Below the pieces are notes generated by a model, which was given only the letters and a program-made list of their open reading frames with translations, made no database searches and was not told where the DNA came from. Source: Pseudodesulfovibrio piezophilus C1TLV30 (GTDB lineage Bacteria; Desulfobacterota; Desulfovibrionia; Desulfovibrionales; Desulfovibrionaceae). Taken from it: DNA of 32,000 bases. The position numbers were made by a program, and so were the translations under genes. Positions 8,530 through 16,934 of this stretch are shown here, one piece after another (position 1 is the first letter of the stretch; each line of letters begins with the position of its first letter). The DNA lies in contig NC_020409.1 of NCBI RefSeq assembly GCF_000341895.1, positions 2,040,001 through 2,072,000 on the forward strand, read 5' to 3'.

Positions 8530-11106
8530 TCAGTTCCCGGCAGAATCCCGGGAGAAGAGAGCCTCTATTTCGTCAGCAGTGAGAGGCTTATAGAATAGGA
8601 AACCTTGGACATAACGGCAACCCTCACTTTCCAAAAAGGCGAGTTGTGCCGGAGTTTCTATCCCTTCGGCCACGATTTTCAGCCCCAAGGACTCACCCAG
8701 GGAAAAAACCGTACGCACGATGGCCTGGCTATCCGGGTCATCATCCACATCATTAATGAATGACCGATCCACTTTGACCACATCGATGGGAAACCGTTGC
8801 AGATAGGAGAGAGAAGAGTACCCGGTTCCAAAGTCATCGATACAGACATTGGCCCCCAGGTTCTTGAGTTGCTTGAGGATATCCTCGGCCATGGACGGAT
8901 CATCCATAAGTGCGCTTTCGGTAATTTCAATATTGAGGGACTCCGCAGGCAATCCTGATTGTTCAAGGGCACGGGATATCTGTCCGGCCAGCATGGCCTG
9001 ACCAAAATGCTTGCCCGAGACATTGACATTGAGGGTCAGTCCGTTCTTCATCGTCTCACCATAACGAAGCTGCCATTTACGAACCTGTGCGCAGGCATCA
9101 GTCAGAACCAGATTGTCAATGGCGTAGATCAGGCCGGTATCCTCGGCCAGTGGAATGAAATTGTCCGGACTGATGACCCCATGTTCGGGATGGTGCCACC
9201 TGACCAGAGCTTCAAAGCCACTGATCTGCCTATCATCAAGACAGACGATAGGCTGGTATGCCACCTGAAATTCATGCAAATCCACAGCACGGCGCAAATC
9301 AGTCTCCAAAGCCATCAGCTTGAGAGCCTGGTCATGCATCTTCTTGTTGAAGACCTTGAACCGGGATTTACCGAGTTCCTTTGCCCGATACATGGCCGTA
9401 TCCGCATCCCGCAACAGGGATTCGGGTCTGTCATACCCTTCGGTCTTGAGCACTATCCCCAGAGACGCTGAAGAAAAGACCTCGTGCCCGCCGATACGAA
9501 TCGGCTCCCGAACACCGTCAAGGATACGCCGTGCAATATTGATGGCATCCCTGGGAGCGGTTATTTCCTCAAGCAGAATTGCAAATTCATCCCCACCAAA
9601 ACGGGCCACCGTATCCACGGCGCGACCACAGGATTTAACGACGCGGGCAACCTCGCGAAGCAACTCATCGCCGGTTTCATGCCCAAGAGAGTCATTGACT
9701 ACCTTGAAACGATCAAGATCCATGTAGATAACTGCGAAAAGGTGTTTCCTGCGAAGACTCCGTTCCATAGCCATACGCAGATGGTCCAGAAACAGGGCGC
9801 GGTTGGGCAGTCCTGTCAGCGGATCATGGAACGCCTGCCGCCGAAGTTGATCCTCGGCTTTCTTGCGTAGAGTGATGTCCTCCACTGATCCTTCGTAGCA
9901 GACCACGCTCCCGTCCTTGTCCTTGATGGCGCGAGCATTTTCGGAAACCCAGATGATACGGCCGTCACGACGGCGAATTTTGGAAACGAAATCCTTGACC
10001 CCACCCCGTTCGTCGACGCGACGGAGAAATTCCTTGCGACGGGCAGGTTCCATGTACATTTGGGTCCCGATATCATACACCGCGCTCATCAATTCTTCTG
10101 GTGATTTGAAACCGAGGATACGAGCCAGAGAAGGATTGGCACTCAGAAAGCGACCACTGGGGGAGGTCTGATAAATCCCTTCAGTGGCATTCTCGAAAAT
10201 CGTACGATATTTGCGTTCGGTCTTGCGGAGCGCTTCACCGATGACCTTGCGCTCGGCTATTTCAATCTTGAGTTGCGTATTGGCCCGCATCAATTCGCTG
10301 GTTCTTTCTTCGACTTTATCTTTGAGAGCATCTCGCGCTTCTTCCAACTCACTTGTTTTTTTTCGGACCCGCTCTTCCAGGTTCCCCACCAGTTCGGCGA
10401 TATGCCGAGCCATCGATTGCATGGCACGGGCCAATTGCCCGACTTCGTCTCTGGAATCTATCTGGGGAACACTGTCAAAGTCCTTTTGTCCCACGCGTCC
10501 GGCGTAATCCGTCAGCATGGTCAACGGCTTGGAGAGATTGTGGAAAAAGAAAAATCCAAGCAGGAGGCTGGTCCCAAGCAGGAACAGTGTCACCACCTGC
10601 TGCTCCATCACGGCTTCCTTGATATGAGTTTCGATAATCTGCGAATCCATGCCTATATGCACGAACCCGGCCAGACCGGACAGGATCGGACGAGCCGCGT
10701 GCAGATGAGGTAGTCCGTCAAAATCCACATCCCGTAGCATGTATTCGTCACCAGGGAGATTCCGTGCGGTTTCCAGCGCCAGTTTCCGAATCACTTCCGG
10801 AACAGCGGGAACAAAAGTATGGGCCAGGATCTGGCCTTTCTCATCCGTGACCAACACATAGGAAACACCGGCAATATTTTGATACTCACCGATCCGCTCC
10901 TGCACACTGCCTGCATCCTGCCTGAGAATGGTCACGATATCCGACTTGGCCACACTCTGAGCCAGAGCCAATGCCTTGGATTCATACTCCCTGGTCATTT
11001 CCCGCTTCAGGCGCATACCGAAAGTGAAGGAACTGACCACCGCGATGATCCCGAAGATGAAGACCATGAACAGCAGCGGTTTGAAGAAGAGTTTGGGAGC
11101 TCTCAT
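8530..11106 (-). CDS. Membrane sensor with periplasmic Cache-like domain, HAMP, PAS, GGDEF and EAL domains (bifunctional c-di-GMP turnover enzyme)
   Basis: Two TM segments flank a roughly 150-aa periplasmic region. After it come a HAMP domain, a coiled coil and a PAS domain (ERKYRTIFENATEG...). The GGDEF domain has an intact RFGGDEF and an RxxD I-site (RAVD) 5 aa upstream. The EAL domain has EALVRW, DDFGTGYSSL and EGIE. The ATG at 11106 overlaps the upstream stop (ATGA) and follows GAGGTG. A GTG alternative lies at 11115. Confidence 0.9.
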   Translation of the reverse strand: MRAPKLFFKPLLFMVFIFGIIAVVSSFTFGMRLKREMTREYESKALALAQSVAKSDIVTILRQDAGSVQERIGEYQNIAGVSYVLVTDEKGQILAHTFVPAVPEVIRKLALETARNLPGDEYMLRDVDFDGLPHLHAARPILSGLAGFVHIGMDSQIIETHIKEAVMEQQVVTLFLLGTSLLLGFFFFHNLSKPLTMLTDYAGRVGQKDFDSVPQIDSRDEVGQLARAMQSMARHIAELVGNLEERVRKKTSELEEARDALKDKVEERTSELMRANTQLKIEIAERKVIGEALRKTERKYRTIFENATEGIYQTSPSGRFLSANPSLARILGFKSPEELMSAVYDIGTQMYMEPARRKEFLRRVDERGGVKDFVSKIRRRDGRIIWVSENARAIKDKDGSVVCYEGSVEDITLRKKAEDQLRRQAFHDPLTGLPNRALFLDHLRMAMERSLRRKHLFAVIYMDLDRFKVVNDSLGHETGDELLREVARVVKSCGRAVDTVARFGGDEFAILLEEITAPRDAINIARRILDGVREPIRIGGHEVFSSASLGIVLKTEGYDRPESLLRDADTAMYRAKELGKSRFKVFNKKMHDQALKLMALETDLRRAVDLHEFQVAYQPIVCLDDRQISGFEALVRWHHPEHGVISPDNFIPLAEDTGLIYAIDNLVLTDACAQVRKWQLRYGETMKNGLTLNVNVSGKHFGQAMLAGQISRALEQSGLPAESLNIEITESALMDDPSMAEDILKQLKNLGANVCIDDFGTGYSSLSYLQRFPIDVVKVDRSFINDVDDDPDSQAIVRTVFSLGESLGLKIVAEGIETPAQLAFLESEGCRYVQGFLFYKPLTADEIEALFSRDSAGN

Positions 11107-12401
11107 TTTCGCCACCTCTGCCAGTCGTCAATAGGCAGGAAACGATCATTGACGACAGTCGTGTAATAGACCGCGTGCAATCCCTGGTGCTTTCCATCGC
11201 TGAAATCGACCGGAACACCGATCCCCATATCAAAATCATGTATCGAGTTCATGACGTCGGGAATTCGCTCCCGGCTTGGCGCATCCGCCATGCGGGAAAC
11301 CATCTCTCCAAGCAAAACTCCATTGAGGAACCCTTCGAAACTGACATAGCTGAACCGACGTGGCGTGTACGTGCTGCCAGACACCGAAGCTGCTCCCTTA
11401 TAGGCATCCATCAGCGTACGGTAGAGCCGGACTCCAGGCAATTCCACGGCTTCATAGCTCGGCACCACTTGCGTGTTGATCAGGTTGCGCGTGTAATCCT
11501 TGCCGTGCTCCATTCCAGCCTTGGTCAATAACTCCAGCATCTTGCCACTTTCGGCAAAAGAGACTCCCGCCACGGGGATATCACTCCCCATATCACGCAG
11601 GTCCCGGATCAATGCGGCTTGCGCCCCATATGTACCAATACAGATCACGGCATCAGGAGTCCCAGCCAAGAGCAACCGGGATTCCCGCACGAAGTCACTG
11701 TCAAAATTTGCACCTCGTTGATATGCGGCCTCGGAGACGATATGCAACCCTTGCAAAAGCAAGGCTCGGCGCACACCGTCCCAACCGGTACGCCCATACG
11801 CATCACTCTGGTAGAAGACGGCAATGCGGTCCCGGCCGATCTCGGTCAGGTTTTTGACCAAACCCGCAGTCTCCTCAAAATAGGATGCTCTGAGATTGTA
11901 AACATATTTGCGAAAGGGTTCAGTGCGCATGGGCTGCGCCCCGGTCAGCGGGAAGAGCATGTATGTCTGGTGCTCGTCAAATTTTTGCAAAAGAGGCAGA
12001 ATATGGGTCGTGGTCGGGGTTCCCAGGTAGGAGAACAGAGCAAAGACATCTTTGGAACGGATAAAATCAGATGTATTTTCGAAACAGGGACCGGGGTTAT
12101 ATCCGTCATTGCATGGCAGGACACGGAGAGTCCATCCCCCTGCGCCACCAGTGGCATTGAGATGATCAAGGTAAGCCATGATACCACGATAAAACTCGAC
12201 GCCCATCTCCCCATTAGTTCCGGTAAAAGGCGCAGACATGCCGAAGACAAGCTCCTTCGGCTGCTCGGCACAGGCTGTTCGAACAGGGAGTGTCACCAAT
12301 GCGACCAAGAACATCACCGTCGCCCAAATGGTACCTTCACAATATTTTGACACAGAAATCCAATGCCACTCATGGAATAAAAGTGCAATAGTCTTAGCCA
12401 T
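11103..12401 (-). CDS. Periplasmic ligand-binding protein, type 1 (LivK / branched-chain amino acid-binding-like)
   Basis: The ORF has a signal-peptide-like segment (VMFLVALVTLPVRTACA/EQ). The body resembles the Peripla_BP_6 family (FGMSAPFTG...GVEFYRG...). The start is uncertain, with ATGs at 12431, 12401 and 12314. No ABC permease or ATPase gene is adjacent. Confidence 0.8.
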   Translation of the reverse strand: MAKTIALLFHEWHWISVSKYCEGTIWATVMFLVALVTLPVRTACAEQPKELVFGMSAPFTGTNGEMGVEFYRGIMAYLDHLNATGGAGGWTLRVLPCNDGYNPGPCFENTSDFIRSKDVFALFSYLGTPTTTHILPLLQKFDEHQTYMLFPLTGAQPMRTEPFRKYVYNLRASYFEETAGLVKNLTEIGRDRIAVFYQSDAYGRTGWDGVRRALLLQGLHIVSEAAYQRGANFDSDFVRESRLLLAGTPDAVICIGTYGAQAALIRDLRDMGSDIPVAGVSFAESGKMLELLTKAGMEHGKDYTRNLINTQVVPSYEAVELPGVRLYRTLMDAYKGAASVSGSTYTPRRFSYVSFEGFLNGVLLGEMVSRMADAPSRERIPDVMNSIHDFDMGIGVPVDFSDGKHQGLHAVYYTTVVNDRFLPIDDWQRWRK

Positions 12402-12655
12402 TTTTTTACCAAATTGCGAATATGGAACCATTCAGAATAACAAGAAATGTCATCAATAGAGAAAGGAATATGCACAGCACAGGGCTGGACCGAAGCCAAT
12501 GAAAAATGGTATGCTCGTCGGAAGAAACACCATGGACTCCCGGTTCCTGAGCCTGCGCCTCCTCCGCTGAGCCTCCTCCGGACAGAGGGGAAAGAATCTT
12601 CCGAATCACCTCTGCAATTCGCCGACGTCTGCCGGGGAAACCAACACGACTGAAC

Positions 12656-13831
12656 ATGATGCAAACCTGGATACTTCATATAGACATGGATGCCTTCTAT
12701 GCCTCCGTGGAGCAGCTTGATAACCCGGAACTGCGAGGCCTGCCCGTTGCCGTGGGCGGAACCTCCGACCGCAGCGTGGTGTCGGCAGCCAGTTATGAAG
12801 TACGTACATTCGGGGTACGGTCGGCAATGAGCGTGGTCAAGGCGCGCCAACTCTGCCCACAGATCGTCATGGTCCCGGTGCGTATGAAGCGCTATAAAGA
12901 GATCTCACATATGGTCATGGGGGTGCTCAAGGAATTCTCCCCCACGGTGGAGCAGGCAAGTGTGGATGAGGCGTATCTGGACGGCACGGGACTGGAACGG
13001 CTCTTCGGTCCCATTGAAACTGTCGGCAGCGAGATTAAGAAGCGTATGCGCCAGGTCACGGGGCTAACCTGTTCCGTCGGGGCCGCCCCGGTGCGATTCC
13101 TCGCGAAGATAGCCTCTGACATGGACAAACCTGACGGTATGTTCATCATCCACCCGCATCAGGTGGAGACTTTTCTCCGAGACCTGCCTGTCCGAAAAAT
13201 ACCGGGCGTAGGCAAAAAACTGGTCGAGACCCTTGCTCGTCTTCGAGTGCAGACCTGTGGGGACATCCTGCACAAGGAGCGTGATTTCTGGGTAGAACGG
13301 TTAGGCAAATACGGTGGAGCATTGCATGATCGCGCCCGTGGCATCGACCCCAATGGAGTTATCGTCTCATCCGGGGCCAAAAGCTGTAGCGCCGAAAACA
13401 CCTTTCACGAGGATACGACTGACAGAGAAACTCTCACCACCTGGCTGCTCGAACAAGCCGAGCGGGTGGGGGCCGACTTGCGACGTCATGGCTACAAAGG
13501 GCGGACCATCACACTGAAAATCAAGTATACGGACTTCAAACAGGTCACCCGGAGCCTTTCTCTCGACACCCGAACCGATACAACCTCAGTCATCTTCGAG
13601 ACCGCTTGCACCCTGCTTCGCCAACTCGATCTACGCCGTGCCGTTCGGCTGATCGGCGTGGGTGTCTCCAACTTCGAGGCCCGCTCCCGTCAGATCACTC
13701 TCTTTGAAGATTCACCCAAGCTCAAAGAGGAAACCAGTGAACTCGACCGCGCAGTGGACGCCGTACGTGAGAAGTTCGGCTCTGCCGCCGTAACGCGGGG
13801 AGACCTCATTCAATTCAAAAATAAATCTTGA
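12656..13831 (+). CDS. dinB: DNA polymerase IV (Y-family translesion polymerase)
   Basis: 391-aa ORF starting ILHIDMDAFYASVEQLDNPELRGLPVAVGG. Length and motifs are canonical for DinB. Confidence 0.92.
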   Translation: MMQTWILHIDMDAFYASVEQLDNPELRGLPVAVGGTSDRSVVSAASYEVRTFGVRSAMSVVKARQLCPQIVMVPVRMKRYKEISHMVMGVLKEFSPTVEQASVDEAYLDGTGLERLFGPIETVGSEIKKRMRQVTGLTCSVGAAPVRFLAKIASDMDKPDGMFIIHPHQVETFLRDLPVRKIPGVGKKLVETLARLRVQTCGDILHKERDFWVERLGKYGGALHDRARGIDPNGVIVSSGAKSCSAENTFHEDTTDRETLTTWLLEQAERVGADLRRHGYKGRTITLKIKYTDFKQVTRSLSLDTRTDTTSVIFETACTLLRQLDLRRAVRLIGVGVSNFEARSRQITLFEDSPKLKEETSELDRAVDAVREKFGSAAVTRGDLIQFKNKS

Positions 13832-13965
13832 AAAACAAGGAAGATAAAAGCTCCTGCCAAGAATGATCGATCTTTCTTGCAAAAGAGAGGGAAGATTATT
13901 ACATAGAAACAAGTAAAGACTGTAACCGACTCGTCACGTACGAGCATATCCCCAAAAAGAACACA

Positions 13966-15246
13966 ATGAGATTAATTAATATATCCGACGCGTTACGCGC
14001 CAAGCCCTTACTATTAGCACTGGCTGCCCTGTTCTGTATCGTTTGCGCACTCCCGTCTCCGGCCATGGCTGAAGAAGAGAGTGAAGGCATTATTGACGTC
14101 AATTTGTCCAAAGACCCTGCTCCACTTGATACGGAAATCGAGTCCGGTCTAGACCACCTCTTTGAGACCCTGGATAATCCCAAGGGGCACTTTGACCCGG
14201 CTCGCATCAACGCCATGCTCGATTTCGTCGTCAACGGACAGGATGACCCGAAAGATACCAAACCTGCAAAACGCTATGGCGGCAACGCGATCTGTCTGCG
14301 CCAGAACGTGAATGCGGATCTTGAAACAATCCTCCGCTATTTCTACAACCCGGATATCCCGAACTTCCTGCTCTGTCCTGCCGTACTTCGGCTCTCAGGC
14401 TGGCACAAAGGCAGTCAGTTCCTGAAACGCACACGCCCTCTCTGGGAAGAATTACCGACTCTTGACCAACCAGTCATCAGCCGGGGCCGTGAATTTGAAT
14501 CCTGCACGCCGGATTCTTTTGGAGAGGCCTACTTCAAATACGACCTGGGAAGATTGATCATCCTGATGAAATACCAGGGAAAAAACGTGCTTGTTTCCGT
14601 TTCTCTCCAGGAAGACAAATCCGACGTCGGCCGCAAGGGAGCCATCTTGGACGACAAGGAGTGGGACTATTTCTACTCAGGCATAGAAGGGTTGAATCGC
14701 GGCATGATCGGCTGGATGGACACCTTCATGTACAAATCAGCTTCCGTGCTCGTTTTCGTGGAGCAGGACAAGGCAGCCAAACAATCCACCGTCTTTCTTT
14801 TCAAATGGCTCAAGGCCGGATGGGCCGGAATGAATGTGGTGAAGCGCAATCATATTTATGAAGGAACGCTCCGTTATGCCCGCAGTCTTGTCAAAGTCCT
14901 GGAAAGCCCGACCCTGACACCGACAGAATTGAGCGCAGGCATGCGGTCAGTAGCCAGTCTCTCCCAGGCTGAGGTGAATACCTTGATCACACAGTATGCC
15001 AAGAACTTTGAGCGCCGCTACAAGGACGATCCCAAGCTCCAGAAAAAAGAATATTCCGAAGTCATCGAGAATGGTGGCTACGCAAAAGTCCTGGACAAGG
15101 ATGCCCGCCGATCCATTCTGGCGCTGCAAAAGCTCAAGTCCATGCTCGGCATGGAGACTCTCATAGATCTGGAACCAGCGAACCAGCCCAAGACAACTTC
15201 CACAGCCTCCACCAGCATTGAGACCGAAAACCAGCCGGAGAGCTAA
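13966..15246 (+). CDS. Secreted protein of unknown function
   Basis: 426-aa ORF with a classical signal peptide (KPLLLALAALFCIVCALPSPAMA/EEE). I recognise no family. The C-terminal tail is low-complexity and rich in Thr, Ser and Pro. A strong terminator follows. Confidence 0.7.
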   Translation: MRLINISDALRAKPLLLALAALFCIVCALPSPAMAEEESEGIIDVNLSKDPAPLDTEIESGLDHLFETLDNPKGHFDPARINAMLDFVVNGQDDPKDTKPAKRYGGNAICLRQNVNADLETILRYFYNPDIPNFLLCPAVLRLSGWHKGSQFLKRTRPLWEELPTLDQPVISRGREFESCTPDSFGEAYFKYDLGRLIILMKYQGKNVLVSVSLQEDKSDVGRKGAILDDKEWDYFYSGIEGLNRGMIGWMDTFMYKSASVLVFVEQDKAAKQSTVFLFKWLKAGWAGMNVVKRNHIYEGTLRYARSLVKVLESPTLTPTELSAGMRSVASLSQAEVNTLITQYAKNFERRYKDDPKLQKKEYSEVIENGGYAKVLDKDARRSILALQKLKSMLGMETLIDLEPANQPKTTSTASTSIETENQPES

Positions 15247-15272
15247 CCCCCGAAATCCCGATATCATCTTCT

Positions 15273-15312
15273 AACGGCACATCGTCTACACCGATGTGCC
15301 GTTATTTTTTTT
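15273..15312 (+). terminator. Rho-independent terminator
   Basis: Perfect 12-bp stem: AACGGCACATCG (15273-15284) pairs with CGATGTGCCGTT (15292-15303). The loop is 7 nt and an A plus T8 run follows. It begins 27 nt after the stop of the 13966-15246 gene. Confidence 0.85.
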
Positions 15313-15513
15313 CAATATCAGCATCCCGCCCAAGCACCCAATCCACGTTTTCTTTCACCATTCACCTTTCACGATATTTCCCCTGACCGTGAAAAGTAAG
15401 ATATTCAAGTCTCTCATAAGAAGAAAATCAGGAACAACGAATTTCACGACTCTTCTCTCCGGTGACACGCAAAGCCCCTTGCCCGTCCTTCCCGATCATG
15501 GCACAAACACACC

Positions 15514-15954
15514 ATGCCAAGACCATTTTCCTTCAAACTCGAAAAGGTCCTCGATTACAGGGGGCAACTCGAAGAACAAGCCAAGGCCGCACTTGCCAAG
15601 GCCCAGACTGATCATGATACTCAGAAGGAAAAAGTCGAAAATCTGACGCAGAGCATGGCAACACACTTGGCCAAAGAACATGAATCACAAAAAACGGCCA
15701 ACGACATGTGGCTCTGGAGACAATATAAGGACGCCCTGGAACAGGATTTGTCCCGAGAACGTCTCATGCTGAGCAAACTGGAACTCAACTTGCATCAACG
15801 GCGCAAGGAAGCAGTGGACAAATCCAAGGACAGGAAGCTGCTGGAGAAACTCAAAGAGACCCAAGCAAAAAAATACCATGATGAAGAAAGAGCCCGCGAG
15901 GAGAAGGAAAACGATGAGATGGCAACGATTCGGTACAAATCTCAAGATTTCTAA
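15514..15954 (+). CDS. fliJ: Flagellar export chaperone FliJ-like protein
   Basis: 146-aa highly charged coiled-coil ORF. It begins FSFKLEKVLDYRGQLEEQAKAALAKA and ends in an acidic E/D-rich segment (EEKENDEMA), like the FliJ family. I see no obvious Shine-Dalgarno sequence. Confidence 0.7.
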   Translation: MPRPFSFKLEKVLDYRGQLEEQAKAALAKAQTDHDTQKEKVENLTQSMATHLAKEHESQKTANDMWLWRQYKDALEQDLSRERLMLSKLELNLHQRRKEAVDKSKDRKLLEKLKETQAKKYHDEERAREEKENDEMATIRYKSQDF

Positions 15955-16594
15955 AATACTCATCAGTCTTGTTTTCCTGGCCCTGATGAAGATCGCCGTA
16001 TTCGGCATGTTGAGTGTCGATTCCCTGACACTCAAAGTCATGCAGACGGTCATTCCTGAAGCGCTCCCTTCCCTGGCCGTCGCAGCAGAGGGTGATGCCG
16101 CCAACGCCCCCACCCCTGTGGCGGACAAGGCGGACTCTGCCGCCAATCGTGCTGCCGCGCAAGAAGCCCAGGCCGATGCTGCCGCTGAAAAAGTCCGCAC
16201 CGAACAGGACATGCCTGCGGAATGGAAAGCTCTCAAGCGCAAAGAAGAAGAACTCGCCATCAAGGAACGCACTCTGCGGGAAATGGAAGCTTCCATCAAA
16301 GCTGAGGCACAACGTGTCGAAAAATTACACGCTGACATGCGCAACATGCTCGAAGAAGCAAAAGGCATCAAAGATAAACGAGTCAAGCAATTGGTGGATA
16401 TGATCTCCAATACCAAAGCGAAAAAAGCCGCCGAGATTCTCCAAACCATGGAAACAGATCTGGCCGTGAAAGTGCTCTCCGGCATGCGAGGCAGACAGGC
16501 TGGTGAGATTCTTTCCTTTGTCGAAGCCAAAAAAGCCGCGGAACTCTCTGAAAAATTGACACAGCTTCAGATTCCATTCGACGCAGGGCAATAA
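15914..16594 (+). CDS. MotE / YlxF-like flagellar protein (MgtE-N-type domain, N-terminal TM)
   Basis: The ATG at 15914 is preceded by GGAGAAGGA with a 5-nt spacer and overlaps the fliJ 3' end by 41 nt. N-terminal TM segment (ILISLVFLALMKIAVFGM), an Ala-rich coiled coil, and a C-terminal KAKKAAEILQTMETDLAVKVLSGM motif. The fliJ-ylxF order is conserved in other flagellar loci. Confidence 0.7.
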   Translation: MRWQRFGTNLKISKILISLVFLALMKIAVFGMLSVDSLTLKVMQTVIPEALPSLAVAAEGDAANAPTPVADKADSAANRAAAQEAQADAAAEKVRTEQDMPAEWKALKRKEEELAIKERTLREMEASIKAEAQRVEKLHADMRNMLEEAKGIKDKRVKQLVDMISNTKAKKAAEILQTMETDLAVKVLSGMRGRQAGEILSFVEAKKAAELSEKLTQLQIPFDAGQ

Positions 16595-16621
16595 TCTTCG
16601 CTCCTCTGTTCGAAACGCGCT

Positions 16622-16649
16622 CCCCAGGCCCCATTGAAAGGGCTTGGGG
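16622..16649 (+). terminator. GC-rich hairpin downstream of the MotE-like gene (possible terminator, no U-tract)
   Basis: CCCCAGGCCC (16622-16631) pairs with GGGCTTGGGG (16640-16649): 10 bp including one G-U pair, with an 8-nt loop. It begins 27 nt after the stop codon. No T-run follows. Confidence 0.3.
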
Positions 16650-16934
16650 GTTCACCAATTCTCACCTGCAAGATATCTGGACCTGAAAGGGGAATGCAGA
16701 CACGCTCACATGAGAAGCGACTTGCCTCTTTCTTTTCCCCCATCTCCTGTATTCGCGCCACAAGCTCGACAAGTCTTCCAACGGGGAACCGTTCTGTTGA
16801 CCACCGCAGCAAATTGCCCCACCCTTCCTTCCACAGGTCGAATTCAGAACCTCGCTACTGCAAAACATCTTCAGATCGCACCTGACAACGAGGCCGCCTT
16901 GCTGAAAAGCCATGGGTTATGTAAATGAAAAAGC

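Noticed and set aside
12447-12653. 68-aa plus-strand ORF ending 2 nt before the dinB ATG. I also searched the same region for a LexA/SOS box
   Set aside because: The ORF has no Shine-Dalgarno sequence and a Pro-rich, low-complexity middle, and competing ORFs lie on the other strand. I found no CTGT-N8-ACAG, GAAC-N4-GTTC or GGTT-type palindrome. I saw only a weak GAAT-N10-ATTC and a tandem GCCTCCTCCG repeat, which I judge to be chance.
15685-16530. 281-aa minus-strand ORF, plus other long antisense ORFs (4303-4932, 7545-8279, 11619-12350, 17440-18186, 25157-25798, 28454-29029, 29075-29983)
   Set aside because: Each lies entirely antisense to a gene with strong family motifs. Their translations are Arg/Ser/Pro/Gly-biased, as is typical of shadow frames.
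16634-16928. Overlapping ORFs of 83 and 94 aa (plus strand) and 83 aa (minus strand, 16662-16913) in the gap after the MotE-like gene
   Set aside because: There is no Shine-Dalgarno sequence. The translations are Pro/Ser/Arg-rich. The frames are mutually exclusive and none is clearly better than the others.
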